A stretch of 63,859 nucleotides of DNA, taken from positions 142 to 64,000 of the forward strand of contig JAXLNO010001653.1 of NCBI GenBank assembly GCA_038087875.1, written 5' to 3'. Made by a program: the position numbers and the translations under genes. A model generated the notes under the pieces. That model worked only from the letters and a program-made list of their open reading frames with translations, had not been told where the DNA came from and searched no databases. The stretch is from Malacoraja senta (taxonomy: Eukaryota). Shown here one piece after another: positions 40,999 through 52,728 of this stretch (position 1 is its first letter; the number at the start of each line of letters is the position of its first letter).

Positions 40999-42360
40999 GG
41001 ATTTTGAACAATGCTTGTGAAGCCCAACTTGAGAAATGTTTTACTATACGTGCGCGTCTTGGAAGACATGGTTCACAACACACACTGGGCCTGAGAGGAA
41101 TTTTATCAGTGGGTACAAAGTTTATTTTGGGCCTCATTCCCTTCTCCATTAGTCATCCTGTTTTTATCCACTATGCTACAGTTTTATGCCATGAGCTGGA
41201 GACTGCACGGCAAAAAGGGGTATGGAAGATGAGAGAGGGGTGGGATGGGGCGCTCTGTTGATTTTCTGCATTTGAGGCCTTATGTCCCTATACACCCTCC
41301 ATGATAAATATAAATAAGTATAAATAAAATAAAAGGATCAGAAAGCTCATTTGTTTTCCTTCACTCTATTGATGCTGCCTCACCCGTTGAGTTTCTCCAG
41401 CATTTAATCTAGCTTTGTTTTGAACATCTTTGTTTATGCTACAATACAGATAAGGAGAAAGAATTCACATTGAAACATCTTTTTATGTTTCAATGCAGTT
41501 CATATCATCAAAAGACATAATTATTTGTAAAAAGTAAAAGATTTATTATATAAATTTATTTTATATAAAGAGGTTTCCTGGCCTTTTTTTGTGAAAAATG
41601 TCAAATCACAGCATAAAAATGTATTGTTCTGGCAATGTATGATTCAATACTATTGATTCAATACGTTGACACCGTGGAGCTGTGGTCTGCGGAGCTTCTA
41701 ACCGCGGGCGTGGCGTGGACTTACCATCCGGATCCTGGGATCCCTCGCCGGGGATCACCAGAGACGAGCTCGAACCGCTGGCTCACATCCTGAAGCTGCG
41801 GTCTCCAGCAGGAAAGTGCCGAGTCGGGACCTCCAAGCCGCAGAGTGTGTTTGTCCGTCCCAACGTCGGAGTTTGGATCATCCCGACGAGAGGGCCTTGT
41901 ACATCGGGCCGTCCCTGGATGCGATTACGGAGGGGTTATGGCTCCGAACACGGGTGAACAAAGGAGGAAGACTGGCTGAAACTTGTTGCCTTCTACCACA
42001 GTGAAAAATGCTGTAGTGGATGTTTGTGTTCAATTTTATTGTGTATTGTGTGTTCTTTTTACGTGTATCACTGCTGGCAAATTCACTTCACTGCACCTTC
42101 GGGTGTATGTGATGAATAAAACTGACTTTAACTTTGAATACTTAGCCTGGCCAAATCCACAAGACGTTCATGAGACATTGTCGACCTTAATCAGCTTGAG
42201 TTTGCTAAATGACCTCTCTGCAGAAGCTACTGTTGCTGGAATTGTTAATAGTATTCTGAAGCTAACACAAACATTTGGAAACAGGTTACCAAGTCAATAG
42301 TCTGTTAACAAGTTCAACAGATCTAATGGTTTTAACTTCATTTATAAAATTCACCCTCCC

Positions 42361-42505
42361 ACTAACACACACATACACTCAGACACACACTCACTCACCT
42401 ACTCACATACACCCACACACATACACACACCCTCACCCACGCACTCAGCCACACACATACACACACCCTCACCCACTCACTCACACACACCCATCCACAC
42501 ACTGA
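42361..42505. repeat. Imperfect (CA)n microsatellite
   Basis: Directly visible CA-rich tract. Other simple repeats lie at ~9283-9330 (CA/TA) and ~29891-29909 (CT). Confidence 0.85.
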
Positions 42506-42791
42506 CCCAAACCCAGGCCCGGACCACTGAAACAGACGCGGCTGCCGACTCTCACCACCTCCCCGGGCGAGGCCACCGCAGCCACTGTCGCTGACCTTCA
42601 CTGTCTTCAGAAAGCCAATGATGCTGCTGCCCATATCTCTACTCCAGCTCCCCACGGGCCTCCACCAGCGACTCTGCCGACCCTCGCCTCTCCACCGGCC
42701 ACCAGCGGGCCAGACCCGTCACCTCACCAGAGTTCCCAGCATAGCACCAGGCCCACAACCTAAACCATGCAGTCAGCACATGGTCTGATTG

Positions 42792-42973
42792 CTGGCTCCT
42801 AGTGCTCCCCCCCCTCCCTCCTACAGGGAAGACCCATCAATAGTGATGACTCTGCTGGGTCCTAGTGCTCTCCCCCCTCCTTCTCCTACAGGGAAGATCC
42901 ATCAGTAGTGATGACTCTGTTGGGTCCTAGTGCTCTCCCTCCTCCTACAGGGAAGACCCATGAGTAGTGATGG
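42792..42973 (+). repeat. ~63-bp tandem repeat, 3 copies
   Basis: Units start at 42792, 42855 and 42920: CTGGGTCCTAGTGCTCTCCCCCCTCC..CTCCTACAGGGAAGAYCCATCARTAGTGATGACTCTG. Confidence 0.85.
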
Positions 42974-43995
42974 TTCTTCCCCTTCCCCCTCTTTTAATCA
43001 GGTTACCCCGACCACACACCCGCCAGTTAAAATTCCCTGCTATATTATGGATCACAATTTCTACGAATTACGATATATAAAACTCTGAAGGCACAAAATG
43101 TGAATGCTAGTCTTCACAAAATATATGCAAACATTTTCTGAGATTTCACGAAATTCCCACCCCCCCTCCTTCAGCTCCCGGGCTCCTATTGGACTCTGGG
43201 CCCGGGTACGATGTACCCCCTGCACCCCCCTCTCATAGGCCCTGTGTATACGTACGCGCATTCGTGAACAAAATACTGTGTGTGGTATGTACCTTTGTTA
43301 GGTTCCTCAAAATAGGCTCAACAAATTGATGTTCTTTACAACCCCTTCATGACCCCCGGAAAACCCCCAAGTGACCCCCATGGGGGTCATGACCCCCAGG
43401 TTAAGAACCACTGCTTTGGAGATACATTGCTGAAACAGGCCCTTCAGCCCATACTAGGGACAATTTACAATTATACCAAGCCAATTTACCTACATCTCAG
43501 AGAAAAGCCACACAGGTTACGGGGAGAACATGCAAACTCCGTACAGTCACCACTCGTAGTCAGGTTCAAACCCGGGTCTCAGGTGCTGCAAGGCAGCAAC
43601 TCGTGTAAGGCCACGATCTCTTGGCTTTGCTTATAGTTATTATCATGTTTTATCTTCTATTGTGTTCTTTTTGCTTATTGCATATAAACAAATGTAAAGC
43701 TGCACATAAGGTTGGATCTTTTCGAGGCCCGAGCTGCCCCATCTTTTACCACAAAAGTGCTTCCTATATTTAGAGAAACATAGATATAATAAGGCTCACC
43801 CCTCATGGGCATTGAAGGCTTTCTCTAAAATATGGAGACCATTAAGCTGTTCACTGCCAAGTTTATTTTTCACTATTGGCCATGATCCTTAGTGTACTCG
43901 GCGGTGGCATTGAACAGGTTAAAGATATCCAGTGATTGAACAGGTTAAAGATATCCAGTGATGTGTAGCTGCGCTACCCTTCCTTGGTATTTTTA

Positions 43996-44677
43996 AGGGC
44001 CTGTCCCACTTACCTGTCCTTGGCACACAAATTATGCGACCTCATGGTCGCGTTGAGGCTCACGGGCATCGTATGGCCGCGCGGGACCGGTCTCACTGAG
44101 AAGCGCGGAGGGGTATGTAGTTGTGCGCGACATCGTGCGGGGCTCCAATAATTTTGTAGTGAACGAAATCTTCGCGCGCCAACGGCCTGTCGCGGAACTG
44201 ACGGCCAAAGTGGGACAGGCCCAAGACCCTGGCGCGACGCAAAGTCTCACTTTCAACAGGAGCAGAAGCAGGCAAACGATCGCTGAACTCGGCCTGGGGC
44301 TCACGGCCGTTGCGGTCCGGATCCGCCCCCACTTCTACTCCCAGAGCGGGGCCAAGAAAATTGAAGATAGACACGAAATGCAGGAGTAACTCAGCAGGAC
44401 CGGCAGCATCTCTGGAGAGAAGCAATGGGTGATGTTTCGGGTCAAGACCCTTCTTTTCAGACTGAAGAAGAGTCTCGACATGAAACGTCATCTATTCCTT
44501 CTCTCCAGAGATGCTGCCGATCCCGCTGAGTTACTCCAGCTTTGTGTCCATCTTCAAATGACGTCACGCGCTCCAGACGGCTGTACGTACGCATGTAATC
44601 GCGCCCGACCTTCGCCGGACCATCGTGGCTCAACGCATAATATGCGTGCCAAGGACACGTAAGTGGGACAGGCCCCT
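43996..44677. mobile_element. PIF/Harbinger-like MITE
   Basis: TIR AGGGCCTGTCCCACTTACCTGTCCTTGGCAC.. versus ..GTGCCAAGGACACGTAAGTGGGACAGGCCCCT; TTA on both flanks (43993-95, 44678-80). Confidence 0.8.
44361..44557. repeat. Palindromic (MER6-like) element nested in the Harbinger MITE
   Basis: TTGAAGAT...ATCTTCAA with arms inverted around CTTCAGACTGAAG. Arm sequence equals the Penelope terminus; many partial copies across the window. Confidence 0.8.
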
Positions 44678-45324
44678 TTACTTAGATGATTCATTCCCTC
44701 TGGCATTGATTGATGAATCAAAGTGGGGGGGGGGGGGTGATGGAATTTGTAAGGATTTGCTGAAGTCAGTTTGCTTAAAACTGCTCACTCCTTGAAAAGG
44801 AGAGTCTGTGAACTTTAGCCCAGACAAAGAACAGTTTGTGAACTCAAGGTTATAACTGATAAAAACCTAGGCACAACTGTGAACAACAACCCTTTATTAG
44901 GATGAAGGTAATGAGCTAATGCCAACCATTCCCCTGGGACCAGGAGTAACAAGGAAGGGTCAAAACTTGGATGATGTTTTCATTCCAATAAGAAACTCTA
45001 CAAACAATGATAGCTGAATAAAACATACTTATGTTGTATAGATGAAGAGCCTCCTTTTCAAGCTGCTTTCTGCAGTCTTTTAGTTGTTCTGCAGATCCTT
45101 TACATTCTCTCGTTTTCGTGTTTTCAAGAAACACCACAATTAGCCGAATGTATACTAATTATAGAAACATAGAAAAATAGGCACAGGAATAGGCCATTCG
45201 GCCATTTGAGCCAGCACCGCCATTCAATATGATCATGTCTGCATCTAGAATCAGTAACCCATTCCTGCTTTTAGAAACATAGAAACACAGAATATAGTTG
45301 CAGGAGAAGGCCATTCGGCCCTTC

Positions 45325-46510
45325 ATAGATACATAGAAAATAGGTGCAGGAGTAGGCCATTCGGCCCTTCGAGCCTGCACCGCCATTCAATACGATCATG
45401 GCTGATCATCCAACTCAGTATCCCGTACCTGCCTTCTCTCCATACCCCCTGATCCCTTTAGCCACAAGGGCCACATCTAATTCCCTCTTAAATATAGCCA
45501 ATGAACTGGCCTCAACTACCCTCTGTGGCAGAGAGTTCCAGAGATTCACCACTCTCTGTGTGAAAAAGTTTTTCCTCATCTCGGTCTTAAAGGATTTCCC
45601 CCTTATCCTTAAGCTGTGACCCCTTGTCCTGGACTTCCCCAACATCGGGAACAATCTTCCTGCATCTAGCCTGTCCAACCCCATAAGAATTTTGTACGTT
45701 TCTATAAGATCCCCTCTCAATCTCCTAAATTCTAGCGAGTATAAGCCAAGTCTATCCAGTCTTTCTTCATATGAAAGTCCTGACATCCCAGGAATCAGTC
45801 TGGTGAACCTTCTCTGCACTCCCTCTATGGCTATAATGTCCTTCCTCAGATTTGGAGACCAAAACTGTACGCAATACTCCAGGTGTGGTCTCACCAAGAC
45901 CCTGTACAACTGCAGTAGAACCTCCCTGCTCCTATACTCAAATCCTCTTGCTATGAAGGCCAACATACCATTCGCTTTCTTCACTGCCTGCTGCACCTGC
46001 ATGCCTACTTTCAATGACTGGTGTACCATGACACCCAGGTCTCGCTGCATCTCCCCATTTCCTAATCGGCCACCATTTAGATAATAGTCTGCCTTCCCGT
46101 TTTTGCTACCAAAGTGGATAACCTCACATTTATCCACATTATACTGCATCTGCCAAACATTTGCCCACTCACCCAGCCTATCCAAGTCACCTTGCAGTCT
46201 CCTAGCATCCTCCTCACAGCTAACACTGCCCCCCAGCTTAGTGTCATCCGCAAACTTGGAGATGTTGCCTTCAATTCCCTCATCCAGTTCATTAATATAA
46301 ATTGTAAATAGCTGGGGTCCCAGCACTGAGCCTTGCGGTACCCCACTAGTCACTGCCTGCCATTGTGAAAAGGACCCGTTTACTCCTACTCTTTGCTTCC
46401 TGTTTGCCAGCCAGTTCTCTATCCACATCAATACTGAACCCCCAATACCGTGTGATTTAAGTTTGTATCCTAATCTCTTATGTGGTACCTTGTCGAAAGC
46501 CTTCTGAAAG
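45325..46510 (-). mobile_element. Young CR1 LINE 3' portion with open RT C-terminal frame
   Basis: ORF 46554-45415: DFQKAFDKVPHKRL, QGSVLGP, FADD through to the C-terminus without stops; complete 3' tail. Confidence 0.95.
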
Positions 46511-48280
46511 TCTTCGAGCCTGCACCGCCATTCAATATGATCATGGCTGATCATCCAACTCAGTATCCTGTACCTGCCTTCTCTCCATAACCCCTGATCC
46601 CTTTAGCCACAAGGGCCACATCTAACTCCCTCTTAAGTATAGCCAATGAACGGGCCTCAACTACATTCCGTGGCAGAGAATTCCAGAGATTCACCACTCT
46701 CTGTTTAAAAAATGTTTTTCTCATCTCAGTCCTAAAAGATTTCCCCTTTATCCTTAAACTGTGACCCCTTGTTCTGGACTTCCCCAAAATCGGGAACAAT
46801 GTTCCTGCATCTAGTCTGTCCAACCCCTTAAGAATTTTGTAAGTTTCTATAAGATCCCCCCTCAATCTTCTAAATTCTAGCGAGTACAAGCCGAGTCTAT
46901 CCAGTCTTTCTTCATATGAAAGTCCTGACATCCCAGGAATCAGTCTGGTGAACCTTCTCTGTACTCCCTCTATGGCAAGAATGTCCTTCCTCAGCTTAGG
47001 AGACCAAAACAGTAGGCAATACTCCAGGTGTGGTCTCACCAAGACCCTGAACAACTGCAGTAGAACCTCCCTGCTCCTCAAATCCTTTTGCTATGAATGC
47101 TAACATACCATTCGCTTTCTTCACTGCCTGCTGCACCTGCATGCCTACTTTCAATGACTGGTGTACCATGACACCCAGGTCTCGTTGCATCTCCCGTTTT
47201 CCTAATCGGCCACCATTCAGGTAATAGTCTACTTTCCTGTTCTTGCCACCAAAGTGGATAACCACACATTTATCCACATTATACTGCATCTGCCATGCAT
47301 TTGCCCACTCACCCAGGCTATCCAAGTCACCTTGCAGCCTCCTAGTACCCTCCTCACAGCTAACACTGCCCCCCAGCTTCGTGTCATCCGCAAACTTGGA
47401 GATGTTGCATTCAATTCCCTCGTCCAAATCATTAATATATATTGTAAATAGCTGGGGTCCCAGCACTGAGCCTTGCGGTACCCCACTAGTCACTGCCTGC
47501 CATTCTGAACCCGTTTACTCCTACTCTTTGCTTCCTGTCTGCCAGCCAGTTCTCTATCCACATCAATACTGAACCCCCAATACCGTGTGCTTTAAGTTTG
47601 TATACTAATCTCTTATGTGGGACCTTGTCGAAAGCCTTCTGAAAGTCCAGATATAACACATCCACTGGTTCTCCCTTATCCACTCTACTAGTTACATCCT
47701 CGAAATTTTTTATAAGATTCGTCAGACATGATTTACCTTTCATAAATCCATGCTGACTTTGTCCAATGATTTCACCATTTTCCTAATGTGCTGCTATCCC
47801 ATCTTTAATAACTGACTCTAGCAGTTTCCCCACTACCGATGTTAGACTAACTGGTCTGTAATTCCCCGTTTTCTCTCTCCCTCCCTTTTTAAAAAGTGGG
47901 GTTACATTAGGTACCCTCCAATCCTCAGGAACTACTCCAGAATCTAAAGAGTTTTGAAAAATTATCACTAATGCATCCACTATTTCTGGGGCTACTTCCT
48001 TAAGTACTCTGGGATGCAGCCTATCTGGCCCTGGGGATTTATCGGCCTTTAATCCATTCAATTTACCTAACACCACTTCCCGGCTAACTTGGATTTCACT
48101 CAGTTCCTCCATCTCATTTGAGCCCCGGTCCCCTGCTATTTTCGGCAGTTAATTAAGTCTTCCTTAGTGAAGACAGAACCAAAGTAGTTATTCAATTGGT
48201 CTGCCATGTCCTTGTTCCCCATGATCAATTCACCTGTTTCTGACTGCAAGGGACCTACATTTGTTTTAACTAATCTTTTC
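46511..48280 (-). mobile_element. Second tandem CR1 copy with small deletions
   Basis: ORFs 47783-48112, 47486-47743, 46996-47493 and 46560-47081 tile the same RT region in shifting frames. Confidence 0.92.
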
Positions 48281-49175
48281 CCCCATATCCCTTGATTCCT
48301 TTAGCCTTAAGAGCTAAATCTAACTCTCTCTTGAAAGTACGTTGTTTAGATAAGAGCCTTCTTTTCAAGCTTCTTTCTGCGGTCTTTTAGTTGTGTTTTG
48401 CAGGTGCTTTAGTTTGTCTCGTCTTCTCTCTGCTGAATATGTAACAACTACAAGCTGTGAATAACAAAAAATCCTTGAAAACTAACACTGGACTGCGAGT
48501 GTGAGTACAAAGCATGTTCTAATGTGACCCAACTTCAGTCTGAAGTAGGATCCTCACGCGAAATATCTGCCTTCCCATGTTCTCCAAAGATGCCACTTGA
48601 CCCGTTGAGTTCCTTAGCACTTTGTGTGTGGAGGAAAGCAGCCTCTGCTCTTCCTTTCATCTACAATTGTTAAATAGTTCAATCCAGACAATTACTTCAA
48701 TTTTACACTGTTGACTAAAATGAGAAAGAAGGCAGTTCAAGGATAAATAACTGCCCATCAATCCATGTGACAGAGAAAGAGGCCTTTCAGCCTCCTGAGC
48801 CCACTCTAGCCCAGAGAACAAAACCATTCCACCACTAATTTTCCCCAAAACGGATCTTCCTCATTTCTATCAATGCCACAAATCCACCTATTTGCAGCGG
48901 TGGCTTAATCTACTAAATCAGCACATTTTGGTATGTGGGAGGAAACTGGAGAACAAACATTGTCACAGGGAGAATGCTTATACTCCACACAGACTGCACT
49001 GGAGATGATTGAACACGGATCACTGGAGCTGTGAGGCATCAGCGCTCTTTGCTATAAGCAGTCATAGAGAGTCACACAGCAGGGAAACAAGCCCTTTGGC
49101 CCAACGTATCCAAGCTAATCAAGATACCCCATTTAAGCTAGTCCCATTTACCCTGCAATGGGTAGACATCATTCA

Positions 49176-49660
49176 AAACGTTTCTCTCTAGATGTCAGCT
49201 GCTCTACATCGGTGAGACCAAGCGCAGGCTTGGCGATCGTTTCGCCGAACGCCTCCGCTCGGTTCGCAACAACCAACCTGATCTCCCGGTGGATCAGGAC
49301 TTCAACTCCCCCCTCCCATTCCAAATCCGACCTTTCTGCCCTCGGCCACCTCCATGGCCAGAGTGAGGACCACCGTAAATTGGAGGAGCAGCACCTCATA
49401 TTTCGCTTGGGCAGTTTGCACCCCAACGGTATGAACATTGACTTCTTTAATTTCAGGTAGTCCTTACTTTCTCCTCCCCTACTCAGCTCTCCCTCAGCCC
49501 ACTGGCTCCACATATTCCTTTCTTCTTCCTGCGCCCCACCCCCCCCCTCCCACCCACCCTCACATCAGTCTGAAGAAGGGTTTTCGGCCCGAAACGTTGC
49601 CTATTTCCTTCGCTCCATAGATGCTGCCTCACCCGCTGAGTTTCTCCAGCACTTTTATCT
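49176..49660 (+). mobile_element. Penelope-like GIY-YIG 3' fragment
   Basis: CQLLYIGETKRRLGDRFAE...RKLEEQHLIFRLGSLHPNGMNIDF plus the terminal repeat. Confidence 0.85.
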
Positions 49661-51803
49661 ACCTATGCATGTCCCTGTCCATGTGTCTTTTAAATATTGT
49701 TATTGTACCTGCCGCAACTCCATTCTCTGGCAGGTCATTCCATATGCTGACCACTCTCTGAGCACAAAGATCGCCCCCAAGTTCCAATTAAATCTTCCCC
49801 CTCTCACATTAAACCCATGTCCTCTGGTTATTTTATTCCCCTTCTCTGGGTAAAAGGCTCTGGGCATACAGTCTATCAATTCCCCTCATGATTTTAAGCA
49901 CCACTATATGATCACCCCTCAGCCTCCTGTGCTCCATGGAATAAAGCCCTGGCTTGCCCAATCTCTCCCTCTTGTTCACACCCTTGAGCCCTGACAATAT
50001 GCTCATAAATCTCATAAACATAACAATGTTGCAGATAATATGTGCACCATAAATAATGCAAATTAAAAAAATATTTTTGAAGGCAATATGATTCAATAAA
50101 CATGGTTCAATGAATCAGATGATAATGTAATAAACGTCATTCACATGTATTCACATATAATTTGAAAATAATAATAAATATTGCAAGATGAGGAAAATTG
50201 ATAGAAATTATGCCCAGTGCATAATATTTTGACGTATTGTTCCCTGTTTGTACCCTCACCCTGTTTTAGTCCAGTTAAAGATTAATAATATAATGTGTTT
50301 AATGTGTAACCGAAGAGGTAACAAAAAGCAATGTTTTCAGAAATAATTAATCATGAATGAATGACACTTTATAGTGACATGTGACAAGTCACAGTGAAAT
50401 TCTTTGTTTTGTAAACCCAACGTATGTCAAGATTCTTCACATAAAGGGCACCGACAAAGTTATAAAGTCTCCCACACCAGGTCCTCCTTTGTCCCCCACC
50501 CACCCCCCACCTCACAATGGTTCCCCCACGCCTAGTCCTGCTTTGTTCAATGGTACACTACGAATGTCATTGAATTAACACAGTAATGGTGATAGGACTT
50601 ATTGATTTACAATATAAAACGTGTCCAATTGCAATTTATATGGATATACAAGTGTGGTGCAGACGGATTTGGGCAGCTTACTTTACAATTGGTGCCCAAG
50701 ATAATTTAGAGATATAGCACGAAAACAGCCCTTAGAGTCCACAGTGACTAGTGATCCCCTTTGGCATACAGGCTTGGAGTGTGGGAGGAAACCGGAGCAT
50801 CCGGGGAAAACCCACGCAGGTCACGGGGAGTACGTACAAACTCTGTACAGACAGCACCTGAGGCCAGGATCAACCCTGGGTCTCTGGCACTACAGCAGTA
50901 TCACTACGGCTGAACCACAATGCCATTTAGGTTATCCTTTAAATATTTCACACTACTTTTCTTTCAACATTTGTCAATAAAAGTCAAAACAATTGGTGAG
51001 GTACGCAAGGGATTTTAACCATTCAAAAAGCCGCCATCATTTCAATTATTTGTAAAATGCTGGAACACACAGCAGGTTCAACAGAACCTATGGAAAGAGA
51101 AACAAAATTAATGCTTCAGAATTGTGAGAATGTGTAAGTTACAGACAGGAGTGGGAGGCATGGTTGGACATAGGGAGTATCACTGATAAGGTAATGACAG
51201 GTTTCCATGGTGATAAACTGACAATGAAGCCATCAGACAATGGCATTTTTGGTTTTTATTTCACATTTGCAGCATCTGCAGTTCTTAGGTTAGTGACTCA
51301 GCATGGAAACGGGCCATTCGGCCCACCAATTCCATGCCAACCATCGATCATCTTTCACACTAATTCTATGTTATCCCAAAATGGACACAAAATGCTGGAG
51401 TAAGTCAGGGGGAACACTCTGTCTGAGGAAGGGTCTTGACCTGAAAAGTCATCCATTCCTTGTATCCAGAGATGCTGCCTGTCCCGCTGAGTTACTCCAG
51501 CACATTGTGCCTATCTTTGCTGTAAACCAGCATCTTCAGTTCCTTCCTACACATCTATGTAATCCCACTTTCTCACCCATTCTCAGCACACAAGAGTAAT
51601 TTGCAGAGCCCAATTAACCTACAAACTCTCACGTTTTCAAGATATGGGACGAAACCGGAGCACCTGGAGGAAATATCTGTGGTCACAGGGAGAACGTGTA
51701 GTCAGGATCAAACCTGGGTTTCTGGCACAGCGAGAAATTTCTTTGAGATGTTTTTTTATGAACATTGATCACACTCCAAATGTATAGAAATGAATGAACT
51801 AAC

Positions 51804-52064
51804 TTGCTGTTTCATTCTGCCTCCGCGTCCATTCATCGACTTGCCCTTTGATGATTCCATGGAAACCAGTTTCAGAGACCGTATTTGTTACCCAGTAATT
51901 CCTGTCAAATGCAGCCGCCATCCATTTCTGTCTTGGAACTGTAATGACCATGTTTTTGTCATAATACTGTATCTCACAACCGTCCAGAACACCCACGACA
52001 CTATATTCCGGTAGATGAGTACTCCCGTGGTTCAGGGTGTAGTAATAGATCAGTGTGTGAGGCC
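51804..52064 (-). CDS. MHC class I heavy chain, alpha1 exon (non-classical-like)
   Basis: Acceptor tgtgtctag|GG, donor GCAA|gttagt; 261 nt, phase 1/1. (G)PHTLIYYYTLNHGSTHLPEYSVVGVLDGCEIQYYDKNMVITVPRQKWMAAAFDRNYWVTNTVSETGFHGIIKGQVDEWTRRQNETA aligns to class I alpha1 (HxLxYxxT, VG-x-x-D, YW at 59-60, R84, N86-E-T sequon). Confidence 0.93.
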
Positions 52065-52435
52065 CTAGACACAAATAAAATAATACAATTATTGTCAAGT
52101 AATAAACATTTCTATGGATAGGAAAGGTTTGGAGGGAAATCAGCAAAACACCAATTGGATTTACATTGCACTAAACATGATATCATTTACCCTGTATCTA
52201 TAGATTGTGAACGGCTTCATTGTAATGTAGTTTTTTCACTGACTGGATAGCACACAAGAAACATTTTCACTGCAAAACAGTACACGTGACATTAATAATA
52301 AATTAAACAAAGCTAAAATATAGATAGGTGGGTCAAGGGTAGATGAGGCATCTTGGCTGGCATAGATAAGCTGGGCTGAAGGGCCTGTTTCTATGCTGTA
52401 TATGATTCTAAATGTCAAGCTTACTTAGATTATTT

Positions 52436-52728
52436 TAGTTTAGTTTAGAGATACAGTGTGGAAACAGGCCCTTCAGCCCGAGTCCGCACAGATCCCCGCA
52501 CATTAACACTATCGTACACACGAAGGACAATTTACATTTATATCAAGCCTATTAACCTACAAACCTGTACGTCTTTGGAGTGTGGGAGGAAACCGAAGAT
52601 CTTGGCGAAAACCCATTGGTCATGGGGAAAATGTACAAACTCCGCACATACAGCACCCATAGTCAGGATCGGACCCGGGGCTCTGACACTTTAAGGCAGC
52701 AACTCTATCGCTGCCCCACCGTGCCGCC
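52436..52728 (-). mobile_element. tRNA-derived SINE (HE1/V-SINE-like)
   Basis: Reverse strand GGCGGCACGGTGGGGCAGCGATAGAGTTGCTGCC...GGTCCGATCC and CTAAACTAAAC tail. Confidence 0.8.

Larger units (their letters stand above)
39179..43413 (-). mobile_element. Complete fossil hAT (Charlie/Buster-type) DNA transposon
   Basis: TIRs CAGTTGTTCTTAA (39179) and TTAAGAACCACTG (ends 43413). 8-bp TSD CTTTAGAG / CTTTGGAG (7/8 match, central TA). Internal transposase remnant. Confidence 0.9.

Noticed and set aside
42792-42973. C/D-box snoRNA (AGTGATGA)
   Set aside because: No paired CTGA D box or terminal stem; it is a tandem repeat.
41085-43244. Nested hAT MITE (CTGGGCCTGAGAGG ... CCTCTCATAGGCCCTG)
   Set aside because: TIR match is imperfect and the flanks give no TSD; left unannotated.
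43910-43961. Perfect 26-bp tandem duplication
   Set aside because: Ordinary slippage or repair duplication with no further signal.
25174-52064. Assignment as classical UAA, or to a named lineage symbol
   Set aside because: Loss of T143, Y159 and Y171 argues against classical; lineage cannot be assigned without phylogeny.
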